From: an uncultured Spirochaetia bacterium
GTDB taxonomy: Bacteria > Spirochaetota > Brachyspiria > Brachyspirales > Brachyspiraceae
Direction: 5' to 3'
Length of the DNA stretch: 64,000 nucleotides
Assembly (NCBI GenBank): GCA_947038115.1
Contig: CAMQVF010000001.1
Location: forward strand, 14,983 to 78,982
This document shows, piece after piece, positions 50,988-59,507 of the stretch. The notes under the pieces were generated by a model that was not told the DNA's origin, did no database searches, and saw nothing but the letters and a program-made list of their open reading frames with translations. Each line of letters starts with the position of its first letter. The first letter of the stretch is position 1. A program made the translations under genes and the position numbers.

Positions 50988-52274
50988 ATGAAGCTAGAAT
51001 TAGGCGAAATTAATATTAAAGAAGTGAAACTTGGTTCTGTTTCAAAAATTGAAGCAGGCGTTTTGCACGTTAGTGAGGAAGAAGTTAGAAAGATAGTTTT
51101 AGAAGATGATAAAATCAAAAGTCTAAAACTTGAAGTAGCTTTACCTGGACAATCTATTAGAATTACTCCAGTTAAAGACGTAATTGAACCTAGAGTTAAA
51201 GTTGAAGGTAGAGGCGGAATTTTTCCGGGTATGATCTCTAAAGTTGACACTGTAGGCGCAGGAAGAACACATGTACTTAAAGGTGCTGCTGTTGTTACTT
51301 GTGGTAAAATTGTTAGTTTTCAGGAAGGTATTATCGATATGTCAGGCATTGGTGCTGACTATACTCCATTTTCTAAGTTGAATAACTTATGTTTGGTTAT
51401 TGAACCTAAAGATGGTATCACTCGTTATGACCATGAAGCTTCTATTCGTGCAGCTGGTTTTAAAGTTGCGACTTATTTAGGCGAACTTGCTAGAGATATG
51501 AAGGCTGATAAAGTAACTACTTATGAAACTAAGCCTTTATTCGAGCAAGCAGCTCAATATCCTAATTTGCCAAAAGTTGGATATATCTATATGTTGCAAA
51601 CTCAAGGTCTTTTGCATGACACTTATGTTTATGGTGTTGACGCTAAAAAAATTATTTCTACATTCATTTACCCAACAGAGGTTATGGACGGTGCGATAGT
51701 AAGTGGTAACTGTGTATCTGCTTGTGATAAAAACACAACTTATCACCACTTAAACAACCCGATTATTAAATCTTTGTTTGAGCAACATGGAAAAGAAATT
51801 AACTTCATGGGTGTTATAATCACAAATGAAAACGTTTTCTTAGCTGATAAAATGCGTTCTTCTGACTGGGCATCAAAAATGGCTGATTATTTTGGCTTTG
51901 ATGGTGTTGTTATTTCTGAAGAAGGTTTCGGTAACCCTGATACTGACTTAATCATGAACTGTAGAAAAATAAGTTCTTATGGTATTAAGACTGTAATTGT
52001 TACTGATGAGTATGCTGGACGTGACGGTGCTTCTCAATCATTGGCTGATGCTGATGTTTCTGCTGACGCTGTTGTTTCTGGTGGAAACGCTAACACTCTT
52101 ATAACTCTTCCTAAAATGGATAAAGTTATTGGTATGTTAGATTATGTAGACACAGTTGCTGGTGGTTTCGACGGTTCATTAAAGCCTGACGGTTCTATTG
52201 AAGCAGAGATTCAAATAATTACTGGTGCTACAAACGAATTAGGTTTTAACAAGCTTACTGCTATCGGTTATTAG
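50988..52274 (+). CDS. grdE: Glycine reductase protein B proprotein GrdE (alpha/beta subunits)
   Basis: 428-aa ORF with PVKDVIEPRVKVEGRGGIFPG and the SGN-CVS processing site, whose Cys falls at residue 242. Confidence 0.9.
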   Translation: MKLELGEINIKEVKLGSVSKIEAGVLHVSEEEVRKIVLEDDKIKSLKLEVALPGQSIRITPVKDVIEPRVKVEGRGGIFPGMISKVDTVGAGRTHVLKGAAVVTCGKIVSFQEGIIDMSGIGADYTPFSKLNNLCLVIEPKDGITRYDHEASIRAAGFKVATYLGELARDMKADKVTTYETKPLFEQAAQYPNLPKVGYIYMLQTQGLLHDTYVYGVDAKKIISTFIYPTEVMDGAIVSGNCVSACDKNTTYHHLNNPIIKSLFEQHGKEINFMGVIITNENVFLADKMRSSDWASKMADYFGFDGVVISEEGFGNPDTDLIMNCRKISSYGIKTVIVTDEYAGRDGASQSLADADVSADAVVSGGNANTLITLPKMDKVIGMLDYVDTVAGGFDGSLKPDGSIEAEIQIITGATNELGFNKLTAIGY

Positions 52275-52318
52275 TATTAAGGCTGATTAAAATAAAAAAT
52301 ATAAAAGGAGATATACCT

Positions 52319-52786
52319 ATGAACTTTTTAGAAAATAAAAAAGTTGTTATTATAGGTGACCGAGACGGCGTTCCTGGTGAAGCTATAAAAGCTTGTATCG
52401 AGACAGTTTCTGGAGCAGAAGTTTTGCTTGCTGCTACTGAATGTTTTGTCTGAACAGCCGCAGGAGCAATGGATTTAGAGAATCAAAAAAGAATTAAAGA
52501 ATTTGCAGAAACACACAAGGGTAACCTTGTAGTAATTTTGGGAGCAGCAGAAGCAGAAGCAGCTGGTTTGGCAGCTGAAACTGTTATGATAGGTGATCCT
52601 ACTTATGCTGGCGTATTATCAGGAGTTGAACTAAAGCTTCCGGCTTATCATTGTATAGAGCCAGAATTTAAGTCTTTAGTTGATGCAACTGTTTATGACA
52701 CACAAGTTGGAATCGCTGAGATGACTATGGACGTTGCAGCCATATCTGAAGAAATGCAAAAGATGCGTGCTGAGCATTGTAAATAG
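52319..52786 (+). CDS. grdA: Glycine reductase selenoprotein A (in-frame UGA = Sec at 52451-52453)
   Basis: ATG at 52319 with GGAG RBS. Translation is [56 protein letters not shown]..., the GrdA active-site motif. The ORF track shows only the part after the UGA (52469-52786), which is in frame. Confidence 0.9.
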
Positions 52787-52979
52787 ACAGCAAATATATA
52801 TTTAATAAAAAAATATAAATTTTTGATTGGTTGATTTGAAAAAAAATTCTTTTTGATAAAAAAATCCGTTGTAAAAAAACCAGTTTGGTTTTTTATTAAC
52901 AATTAGATAGACAGCCTTATATATGTTTTTATGTATGAGGCTCTCTACATATATTAGAAAATTAGGAGGGTGTAAAAAA

Positions 52980-54266
52980 ATGCCTAAAAAAATAGTACAT
53001 TACATAAACCAGTTTTTCGCTCAGATTGGCGGTGAAGAAATGGCTCACATAGAACCTGAGAAAAGACAAGGAAAAGTTGGCCCTGGTGCTGCTTTTGCAA
53101 AAGAATTTGGTAGCGATGCTGAAATAGTTGCTACTGTTATTTGTGGTGATTCTTATTTCAATGAAAATCTTGAAAAAGCTAGAGCTACAATATTAGAAAT
53201 GATTAAAAGTGAAAAGCCTGATATGGTTATCGCTGGTCCTGCTTTCAATGCTGGACGTTATGGTACTGCTTGTGGAGATGTTTGTAAAATGGTAGAAGAA
53301 GAGCTTGGTATTCCTACTATTACTGGTATGTATATCGAGAACCCAGGTGCTGATATCTATAAGAAAGATTTATACATCGTTTCTACTAAAGATAACGCTG
53401 CTGGAATGCGTGAAGCTGCTCCTGCTATGGTTAAGCTTGCGAAGAAACGTTTGAATAAAGAAGAAATTCTAGACCCTAAAACAGAAGGTTATATTGAGCG
53501 TGGAATCAGAAAGACAGTTTTCGCTGATAAAATCGGTGCTGAACGTGCTGTTGATATTTTGATTAAAAAACTTAAAGGTGAAGCTTTCACTACTGAGTAT
53601 CCAATGCCTTCTTTTGATAGAGTTGAGCCAGGTAAAGCTATTGCTGATTTAACTAAAGCTAAAATTGCTCTAGTTACAAGTGGTGGAATTGTTCCTTCTG
53701 GAAACCCAGATAGAATTGAAGCTTCTTCTGCTTCGAAATATGGTGAATATAAAATTGAAGATATGGGTGAGACTGCTCATGGTGGTTATGACCCAACTTA
53801 TGCTAATGAGGAGCCTAATAGAGTTCTTCCTGTTGATGTCCTTAAAGACTTACAAAAGGAAGGAAAAATTGGCGAACTTTATCCTTATTACTACACAACA
53901 ACAGGTAATGGAACTTCAGTAAAAAGTTCTAAAGCATTTGCTGAAGAATTTACTGCAAAGTTGATTAAAGATGGAGTTAACGCTGTTATTCTTACATCTA
54001 CCTGAGGAACTTGTACTCGTTGCGGTGCAACGATGGTTAAAGCAATTGAAGCTAGTGGTATTCCAGTAGTTCACATTTGTACAATTGTTCCTATTTCTCT
54101 AACTGTAGGTGCTAATAGAATAGTTCCTGCTTTTGCTATTCCTTATCCTCTTGGAAACCCTAACTTGGATAAAGCAGAAGAAAAGATTCTACGTCGCTCT
54201 ATTGTTGAAAAAGCATTACATGCTCTAACAGTAGAAGTTGACACACAGACTGTTTTCGAAAAGTAA
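52980..54266 (+). CDS. grdB: Glycine reductase protein B selenoprotein subunit GrdB (in-frame UGA = Sec at 54003-54005)
   Basis: ATG at 52980 follows AGGAGGG. The N-terminus is MPKKIVHYINQFFAQIGGEE. The ORF reads ...AVILTST-U-GTCTRCGATMVKAIE and continues in frame into track ORF 54033-54266. Confidence 0.9.
54017..54033 (+). promoter_or_regulatory. Candidate SECIS hairpin for the grdB UGA
   Basis: TCGTTGC-GGT-GCAACGA forms a perfect 7-bp stem with a GGU apical loop. The loop starts 21 nt after the U of the UGA. Confidence 0.5.
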
Positions 54267-54275
54267 TATAGAAAC

Positions 54276-54313
54276 AAACACAGGGTATATATTTTTATGC
54301 TCTGTGTTTTTTT
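54276..54313 (+). terminator. Terminator-like hairpin between grdB and grdC
   Basis: AAACACAGGG (54276-54285) pairs with CTCTGTGTTT (54300-54309), with one G:U and a 14-nt loop, then a T tract. Confidence 0.5.
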
Positions 54314-54356
54314 ATTTGTTTGAATTATTTAATGTTTTTGTAGGAGATAAATTAAT

Positions 54357-55919
54357 ATGAATTATGCTGTGTTAAAGGGTGCTGCTTATGCACTAATACA
54401 TGCTCCTGATATGGTTATACATAATGGTGCAACTCAAACTGTAGAAAGACAGGTTAATCCTGACTCGGAGTATTTGAAAAAAATTAAAGGGCATTTACGT
54501 AGCTATCAAGATGCTGTGAATTATGCTCCTAATCAAACTTATATTGGTAATATTCATCCAGCAGAGCTTAAAAAGCTTGCTAAAGATGGTAGCTTTCTTG
54601 GTGTTGACGTGAAAGGTGTTCGTGATGGTAGACTTGGCGATATTATGCCTGAAGATGAGTTTATTTTCATGATGAAGATATGTGATGCTTTCGACTTGGT
54701 TATTCTTGAAGATGGCTTTTCTAAGTCAGCTAAAGAAGTTTATGTTAAAAGAGAATTGAAATATAAAAGCGATGAAGATGTTCAAAAAGAAGTATCAAGA
54801 GTAAAAGACGGTGGTTTGCTTGCTGATATTCAAAAGTTTGTAAACGAAGAGCATGCCGAGGGTTTATACTTTAATGAAAAACTTGTAGGTTGTGTTAAAC
54901 GTGCACATGATATTGATGTTAACTTGAATTCTCATGTTATGTTTGAAAATCTTGTTGCTAAAGCTTCAGGTGTTGTAGCATTTAAAGAACTTATTCGTAA
55001 AAATAATATTGATGCTGCTTCAATCGATTTAGTTATCGAGTGTTCTGAAGAGGCTTGTGGTGATATGAACCAGAGAGGTGGTGGTAACTTTGCTAAATCT
55101 ATAGCAGAAATGGCTGGTGCTATTAATGCTACTGGTTTCGATATTCGTGGTTTTTGTGCCGCTCCTGCTCATACATTAGTTACTGCTGCTTCTTTGGTTA
55201 AAGCAGGAACTTATAAAAATGTTGTAATGGTTGCTGGTGGTGCTAGTGCTAAACTAGGTATGAATGGTAAAAGCCATGTAACTAAAAATCTTCCAATTTT
55301 AGAAGATGTTTTGGGTGCATTCGCTGCTTTAATAAGTGAAAATGACGGGGTAAGTCCTATTCTAAGAACCGATTTAGTTGGTCGACATACAGTATCTGCA
55401 GGAAGTGCTCCTCAAGCTGTTATGAATGCATTAATTGTCGAGCCGTTGAATAAGGCTTCTTTGAAAGTTACTGATGTTGATAGATATTCTGTAGAAATGC
55501 AAAACCCTGATGTAACTAAACCTGCTGGGGCTGGTGATGTTCCTGAAGCTAATTATAAAATGATTGCGGCTATTGGTGTTAAAGAAGGTCATATCGAACG
55601 TGCTGATTTAATGAAATTTGTTGAAGAGCATGGTATGGTCGGTTGGGCACCTACTCAAGGTCATATTCCTTCTGGTGCTCCATATTTTGGATTCGCTATT
55701 GAAGATTTCAAAAGTGGAAAAATTAATCGTGCGATGGTTGTAGGTAAGGGTTCATTATTCTTAGGCCGAATGACTAATCTATTTGATGGTATTTCTATTG
55801 TTTTAGAGAAAAACTCTGGTGAAATTTCTTCGGGTGCAAGTGGCGCTTCAAAAGAAGAGATTAACAAACTTATAGCTATTGCTATGAGAGATTTTTCTCA
55901 GAAAATATTGAGCGAGTAG
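54357..55919 (+). CDS. grdC: Glycine reductase protein C beta subunit GrdC
   Basis: 520-aa ORF of thiolase/ketoacyl-synthase-like fold. It sits in the conserved position after grdB and before grdD. Confidence 0.9.
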   Translation: MNYAVLKGAAYALIHAPDMVIHNGATQTVERQVNPDSEYLKKIKGHLRSYQDAVNYAPNQTYIGNIHPAELKKLAKDGSFLGVDVKGVRDGRLGDIMPEDEFIFMMKICDAFDLVILEDGFSKSAKEVYVKRELKYKSDEDVQKEVSRVKDGGLLADIQKFVNEEHAEGLYFNEKLVGCVKRAHDIDVNLNSHVMFENLVAKASGVVAFKELIRKNNIDAASIDLVIECSEEACGDMNQRGGGNFAKSIAEMAGAINATGFDIRGFCAAPAHTLVTAASLVKAGTYKNVVMVAGGASAKLGMNGKSHVTKNLPILEDVLGAFAALISENDGVSPILRTDLVGRHTVSAGSAPQAVMNALIVEPLNKASLKVTDVDRYSVEMQNPDVTKPAGAGDVPEANYKMIAAIGVKEGHIERADLMKFVEEHGMVGWAPTQGHIPSGAPYFGFAIEDFKSGKINRAMVVGKGSLFLGRMTNLFDGISIVLEKNSGEISSGASGASKEEINKLIAIAMRDFSQKILSE

Positions 55920-55929
55920 GGGTATTATT

Positions 55930-57087
55930 ATGGATAATACTTCTATTAAACAAATTGTAGGAAATACTTTTGCAGAATTAGCTAATGCCTTAGAGACTGG
56001 TAAATTTGGTAAACGTGTTAGAGTTGGCGTAACAAATAGAGGGTCTGAACATGGTCCTATGAATTCTGTCATTGGTGCAGAAATGGCTTCTAAAAACCCC
56101 AATATAGAAGTTGTTGTTATAGGTGAAAAAACTAACACTAAACTTGAAACTATCGAAGCTGATTCTGATGAAAAAGCTCATAAAATTATGGAAGATATGC
56201 TTAAAAAAGGGGAGCTTGATGCTTGTGTAACTATGCATTATAATTTCCCAATTGGTGTATCAACTGTTGGTAGAGTTATCTCGCCTGCAAATGGTAGACA
56301 AATTTATATAGCGACTACTACTGGTACTTCGGATACTGATAGAACTTCTGCTATGTTTAAGAATGCTATTTCTGGTATTATTGCTGCTAAGTCTTGTGGA
56401 GTTGAAGAGCCTACTGTTGGTATATTAAATCTTGATTCGGCTCGTGCTGTTGAGAGAGGGCTTAAAGAACTTAAAAATTCTGGCTATGCAATTAAATTTG
56501 GAGAATCACAAAGAGCTGATGGAGGCTGTGTATTAAGAGGAAATGATCTTATCACAGGTGCTGTTGATGTTGTTGTTTGTGACTCACTAACTGGTAATGT
56601 TCTTATAAAACTATTCTCTTCATTTACAAGTGGTGGTTCTTATGAGGCTTTGGGTGCTGCTTATGGACCTGGAATAGGATTTGGTTATCACACTCCAGTA
56701 TTCATTATTTCAAGAGCATCAGGTTCGGCTGTTATTGCTAATGCTATTCAATATGCTTATGAAAGTATCAGTGGTGGTTTTCATGATATATTGGATAAAG
56801 AAGCAGATGCAGTTAAGAAGTGTGGTTTCGATAAAATTTTAGCTTCACTAAAGCCTAAAACTCAAGATACATCTGTGAAGGCTGAAAAAATGCCTGATAA
56901 AGAAGTTGTAACAGCTGAGATTTCAGGTATTGAAGTTATGGATTTAGATGATGCTGCTAGTCTTTTGATGAATAATGGTATTTATGCAGAAGCTGGCATG
57001 GGTTGCACAGGACCAATAATTTTAGTAAATGATACAAAAAAACAAAAAGCGTATGATATACTAAAAAAAGGTGGTTATGTGTCTTAG
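55930..57087 (+). CDS. grdD: Glycine reductase protein C alpha subunit GrdD
   Basis: 385-aa ORF, PlsX/phosphotransacetylase-like (VTMHYNFPIGVSTVGR, CDSLTGNVLIKL), 10 nt after grdC. Confidence 0.9.
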   Translation: MDNTSIKQIVGNTFAELANALETGKFGKRVRVGVTNRGSEHGPMNSVIGAEMASKNPNIEVVVIGEKTNTKLETIEADSDEKAHKIMEDMLKKGELDACVTMHYNFPIGVSTVGRVISPANGRQIYIATTTGTSDTDRTSAMFKNAISGIIAAKSCGVEEPTVGILNLDSARAVERGLKELKNSGYAIKFGESQRADGGCVLRGNDLITGAVDVVVCDSLTGNVLIKLFSSFTSGGSYEALGAAYGPGIGFGYHTPVFIISRASGSAVIANAIQYAYESISGGFHDILDKEADAVKKCGFDKILASLKPKTQDTSVKAEKMPDKEVVTAEISGIEVMDLDDAASLLMNNGIYAEAGMGCTGPIILVNDTKKQKAYDILKKGGYVS

Positions 57088-57104
57088 TATTGATTTTAAT
57101 TTTA

Positions 57105-57140
57105 AAGTTACGATGGTATTAATTGCTATCGTAGCTTTTT
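57105..57140 (+). terminator. Intrinsic terminator ending the grd locus
   Basis: AAGTTACGATGG (57105-57116) pairs with CTATCGTAGCTT (57126-57137), with two G:U pairs and a 9-nt loop, then TTT. Confidence 0.65.
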
Positions 57141-57179
57141 AGTTTTAAATAAATTTTTTATGATTCTAAAGGAGAATGC

Positions 57180-58286
57180 ATGACTATAGGATGTCCAAAA
57201 GAAATTAAGACAAGAGAATACCGTGTTGGACTTACACCTTCTAATGTAAAAGAATATGTAAATCATGGACACAAAGTTTTCATAGAAGCTACAGCCGGAG
57301 ACGGTTCTGGTTTTTCTGATGAAGAATACAAACAAGCAGGTGCAGTTATCGCTGACAAAAAGAAAGTTTTTGAAGCTGATATGATTATAAAAGTAAAAGA
57401 GCCTGTGGAGTCAGAATATGAGTATTATAGAGAAGGTCAAATTCTTTATACATATTTACATCTTGCTGCTGATGAAAAGCTTACAAAAATGCTTTTAGCA
57501 AAAAAGATTAAATCAATTGCTTATGAAACAATGCTTGATGCACAAAATAAACTTCCATGTTTAACACCAATGAGTGCTATTGCTGGAAGACTTTCAGTTC
57601 AAGAAGCTGCTAAGTATTTAGAAAAAGCTTATGGTGGTGCTGGTATACTTTTAGGTGGTGTTCCAGGAGTTCCTAAAGCTAATGTAGTAATTCTTGGTGC
57701 TGGTGTTGTTGGTATTAATGCAGCTCAAATTGCTATGGGTATGGGTGCTGATGTTAGCATTGTTGATGTTAATCTTAATGCTTTATCTCAAATTGATCAA
57801 ATGTTTGCTATGCGTATAAAAACTTATGTTAGCTCACGTGCTACTTTAGAAAGTTTATATGCAACTGCTGATGTTGTTATCGGTGGAGTTTTAATACCTG
57901 GTGCTAAAGCCCCTAAATTATTAACAAAAGCAGATTTACCAAACATGAAAAATGGTTCTGTTATTGTCGATGTTGCTATAGACCAAGGTGGTTGTTTTGA
58001 AACTTCTAAAGCGACTACTCATGATGATCCTATTTTTATTATCGATAATGTAGTTCATTATTGTGTTGCTAATATGCCTGGTGCGGTTTCTCGTACTTCG
58101 ACATTAGCACTAACTAATGCAACAACTCCTTATGGTGTATTATTGGCTGATAAAGGTGTTGAGGCTGGATGTAAAGAAAACAGAACACTTCTAACAGGTT
58201 TAAATACTTACAATGGTAAGATTACATTTAAAGCTGTGGCTGAAGCTTTTGGTTCTGAGTATGTTGACCCTACAACTTTAATATAA
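57180..58286 (+). CDS. ald: Alanine dehydrogenase
   Basis: 368-aa ORF with IGCPKEIKTREYRVGLTP and NAD motif ILGAGVVGINAAQIAMGMGADV. Confidence 0.95.
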   Translation: MTIGCPKEIKTREYRVGLTPSNVKEYVNHGHKVFIEATAGDGSGFSDEEYKQAGAVIADKKKVFEADMIIKVKEPVESEYEYYREGQILYTYLHLAADEKLTKMLLAKKIKSIAYETMLDAQNKLPCLTPMSAIAGRLSVQEAAKYLEKAYGGAGILLGGVPGVPKANVVILGAGVVGINAAQIAMGMGADVSIVDVNLNALSQIDQMFAMRIKTYVSSRATLESLYATADVVIGGVLIPGAKAPKLLTKADLPNMKNGSVIVDVAIDQGGCFETSKATTHDDPIFIIDNVVHYCVANMPGAVSRTSTLALTNATTPYGVLLADKGVEAGCKENRTLLTGLNTYNGKITFKAVAEAFGSEYVDPTTLI

Positions 58287-58320
58287 ATTATAGTTTAAAA
58301 AAATAAATGGAGATAATTCT

Positions 58321-59430
58321 ATGTCATTACAAACTACTATAGCAGAAATTAATTTGACGGTATTTGAAAATAATATCAAAAAGATAAAAAATATAGCTAA
58401 AGCGGTTCGAACGGTTTTAGTTGTTAAGGCTAATGCTTATGGGCATGGAATTGTCCCTATTTCTTTTACTGGGCTAAATGCAGGTGTTGATGCTTTGGGT
58501 GTCGCTACTGTTAATGAGGGGGTAACTTTAAGAGAGAATGGTATTACAGCACCTATCTTAGTTTTATTCCAACATTCTATATCAGAAAGTGAACTTGTTT
58601 GCTATTATAATCTTACCCCTATTGTTACTAATAATTTGGCATTGTCATATTATCAGAATTATTGTAAGAGAATGAATAAAAAAATGGATGTGTATATTAA
58701 AGTAGACACTGGGCTTTCACGAATGGGAGTTCGTCCTGAAGAAGTTTTAGATTTTGCAAAAGAGATTTTATCACATGATTGCTTGTCGCTTCATGGTATT
58801 ACTACTCATTTTGCTGCTTCTGATGGTTGTGAGAAAGCGGATATAGAGTTTACTAAAAATCAAATTAGATTATTTAATTGTGCTATTGATTCATTAAAGT
58901 CTAATAATATTAATATAAAAGATATTCAAGCTGCTAATTCTGCAGCGACTCTATTTTTACCAGAGGCTTATTTTAATACTGTTCGTTTTGGTCTTGCTGC
59001 TTATGGATACACTCCTGATGATTTCGAAAATCCTTCACTTGAACCCGTTATGAGTTTTAAAAGTAAAGTGCTTGTAATTAAGGCGATTAAGAAAGGTGAA
59101 AGCGTTTCATATAGTATGACTCATACAGCGAGCAAAGACACTAGAATTGCTGTTGTTCCTGTGGGTTATTCGGATGGGCTTCCTCGAGCCTTTTCTAATA
59201 AGGGAAAGTTTAAAATTAAAGATAAATATTATCCTATTGTTGGTCGAATATGCATGGATAGCACCATAATAGATATTGGTAATGATGATATTAATCTTGA
59301 AGATGAAGTCTTAATTTTTGGAAATGATGAAGTTTTGAGTGCTCAAGCTTTGGCAAAAGAGCTTAACACCATTCCTCATGAAATAATTACTGGTATATCC
59401 GAGCGTGTTCATAGAGTTTATATTAAATAA
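58321..59430 (+). CDS. alr: Alanine racemase
   Basis: 369-aa ORF with the PLP lysine motif VVKANAYGHG and VGRICMD near the C-terminus. Confidence 0.95.
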   Translation: MSLQTTIAEINLTVFENNIKKIKNIAKAVRTVLVVKANAYGHGIVPISFTGLNAGVDALGVATVNEGVTLRENGITAPILVLFQHSISESELVCYYNLTPIVTNNLALSYYQNYCKRMNKKMDVYIKVDTGLSRMGVRPEEVLDFAKEILSHDCLSLHGITTHFAASDGCEKADIEFTKNQIRLFNCAIDSLKSNNINIKDIQAANSAATLFLPEAYFNTVRFGLAAYGYTPDDFENPSLEPVMSFKSKVLVIKAIKKGESVSYSMTHTASKDTRIAVVPVGYSDGLPRAFSNKGKFKIKDKYYPIVGRICMDSTIIDIGNDDINLEDEVLIFGNDEVLSAQALAKELNTIPHEIITGISERVHRVYIK

Positions 59431-59447
59431 ATAACTATTACATAAAT

Positions 59448-59491
59448 AAAAAGAGAGCTAATCTATTAAAATAGAAAGGCTCTCTTTTTTT
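59448..59491. terminator. Bidirectional intrinsic terminator between alr and fabH
   Basis: A long hairpin: AAAAGAGAGCT pairs with GGCTCTCTTTT, with an inner TCTAT/ATAGA extension. It is flanked by A and T tracts. Confidence 0.7.
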
Positions 59492-59507
59492 ATTTGTTAA
59501 ATTATGA

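Noticed and set aside
50930-51250. 106-aa minus-strand ORF overlapping the grdE start
   Set aside because: It is antisense to grdE and its promoter. The S/T/L/I-rich sequence is a mirror of the grdE codon bias.
52693-52902. 69-aa minus-strand ORF across the grdA 3' end and the grdA-grdB spacer
   Set aside because: It is antisense to grdA and runs through the A/T-rich hairpin. It has no RBS and no similarity to anything I recognise.
52923-52979. N-terminal extension MFLCMRLSTYIRKLGGCKK on grdB given by the ORF track
   Set aside because: The extension contains the AGGAGGG RBS for the ATG at 52980. GrdB proteins begin M-x-K-K/L-x-V-V-H-Y-I-N-Q-F, as the 52980 start gives.
55848-56238. Two minus-strand ORFs (96 and 82 aa) over the grdC-grdD junction
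   Set aside because: They are antisense to two well-supported genes and have no independent signals.
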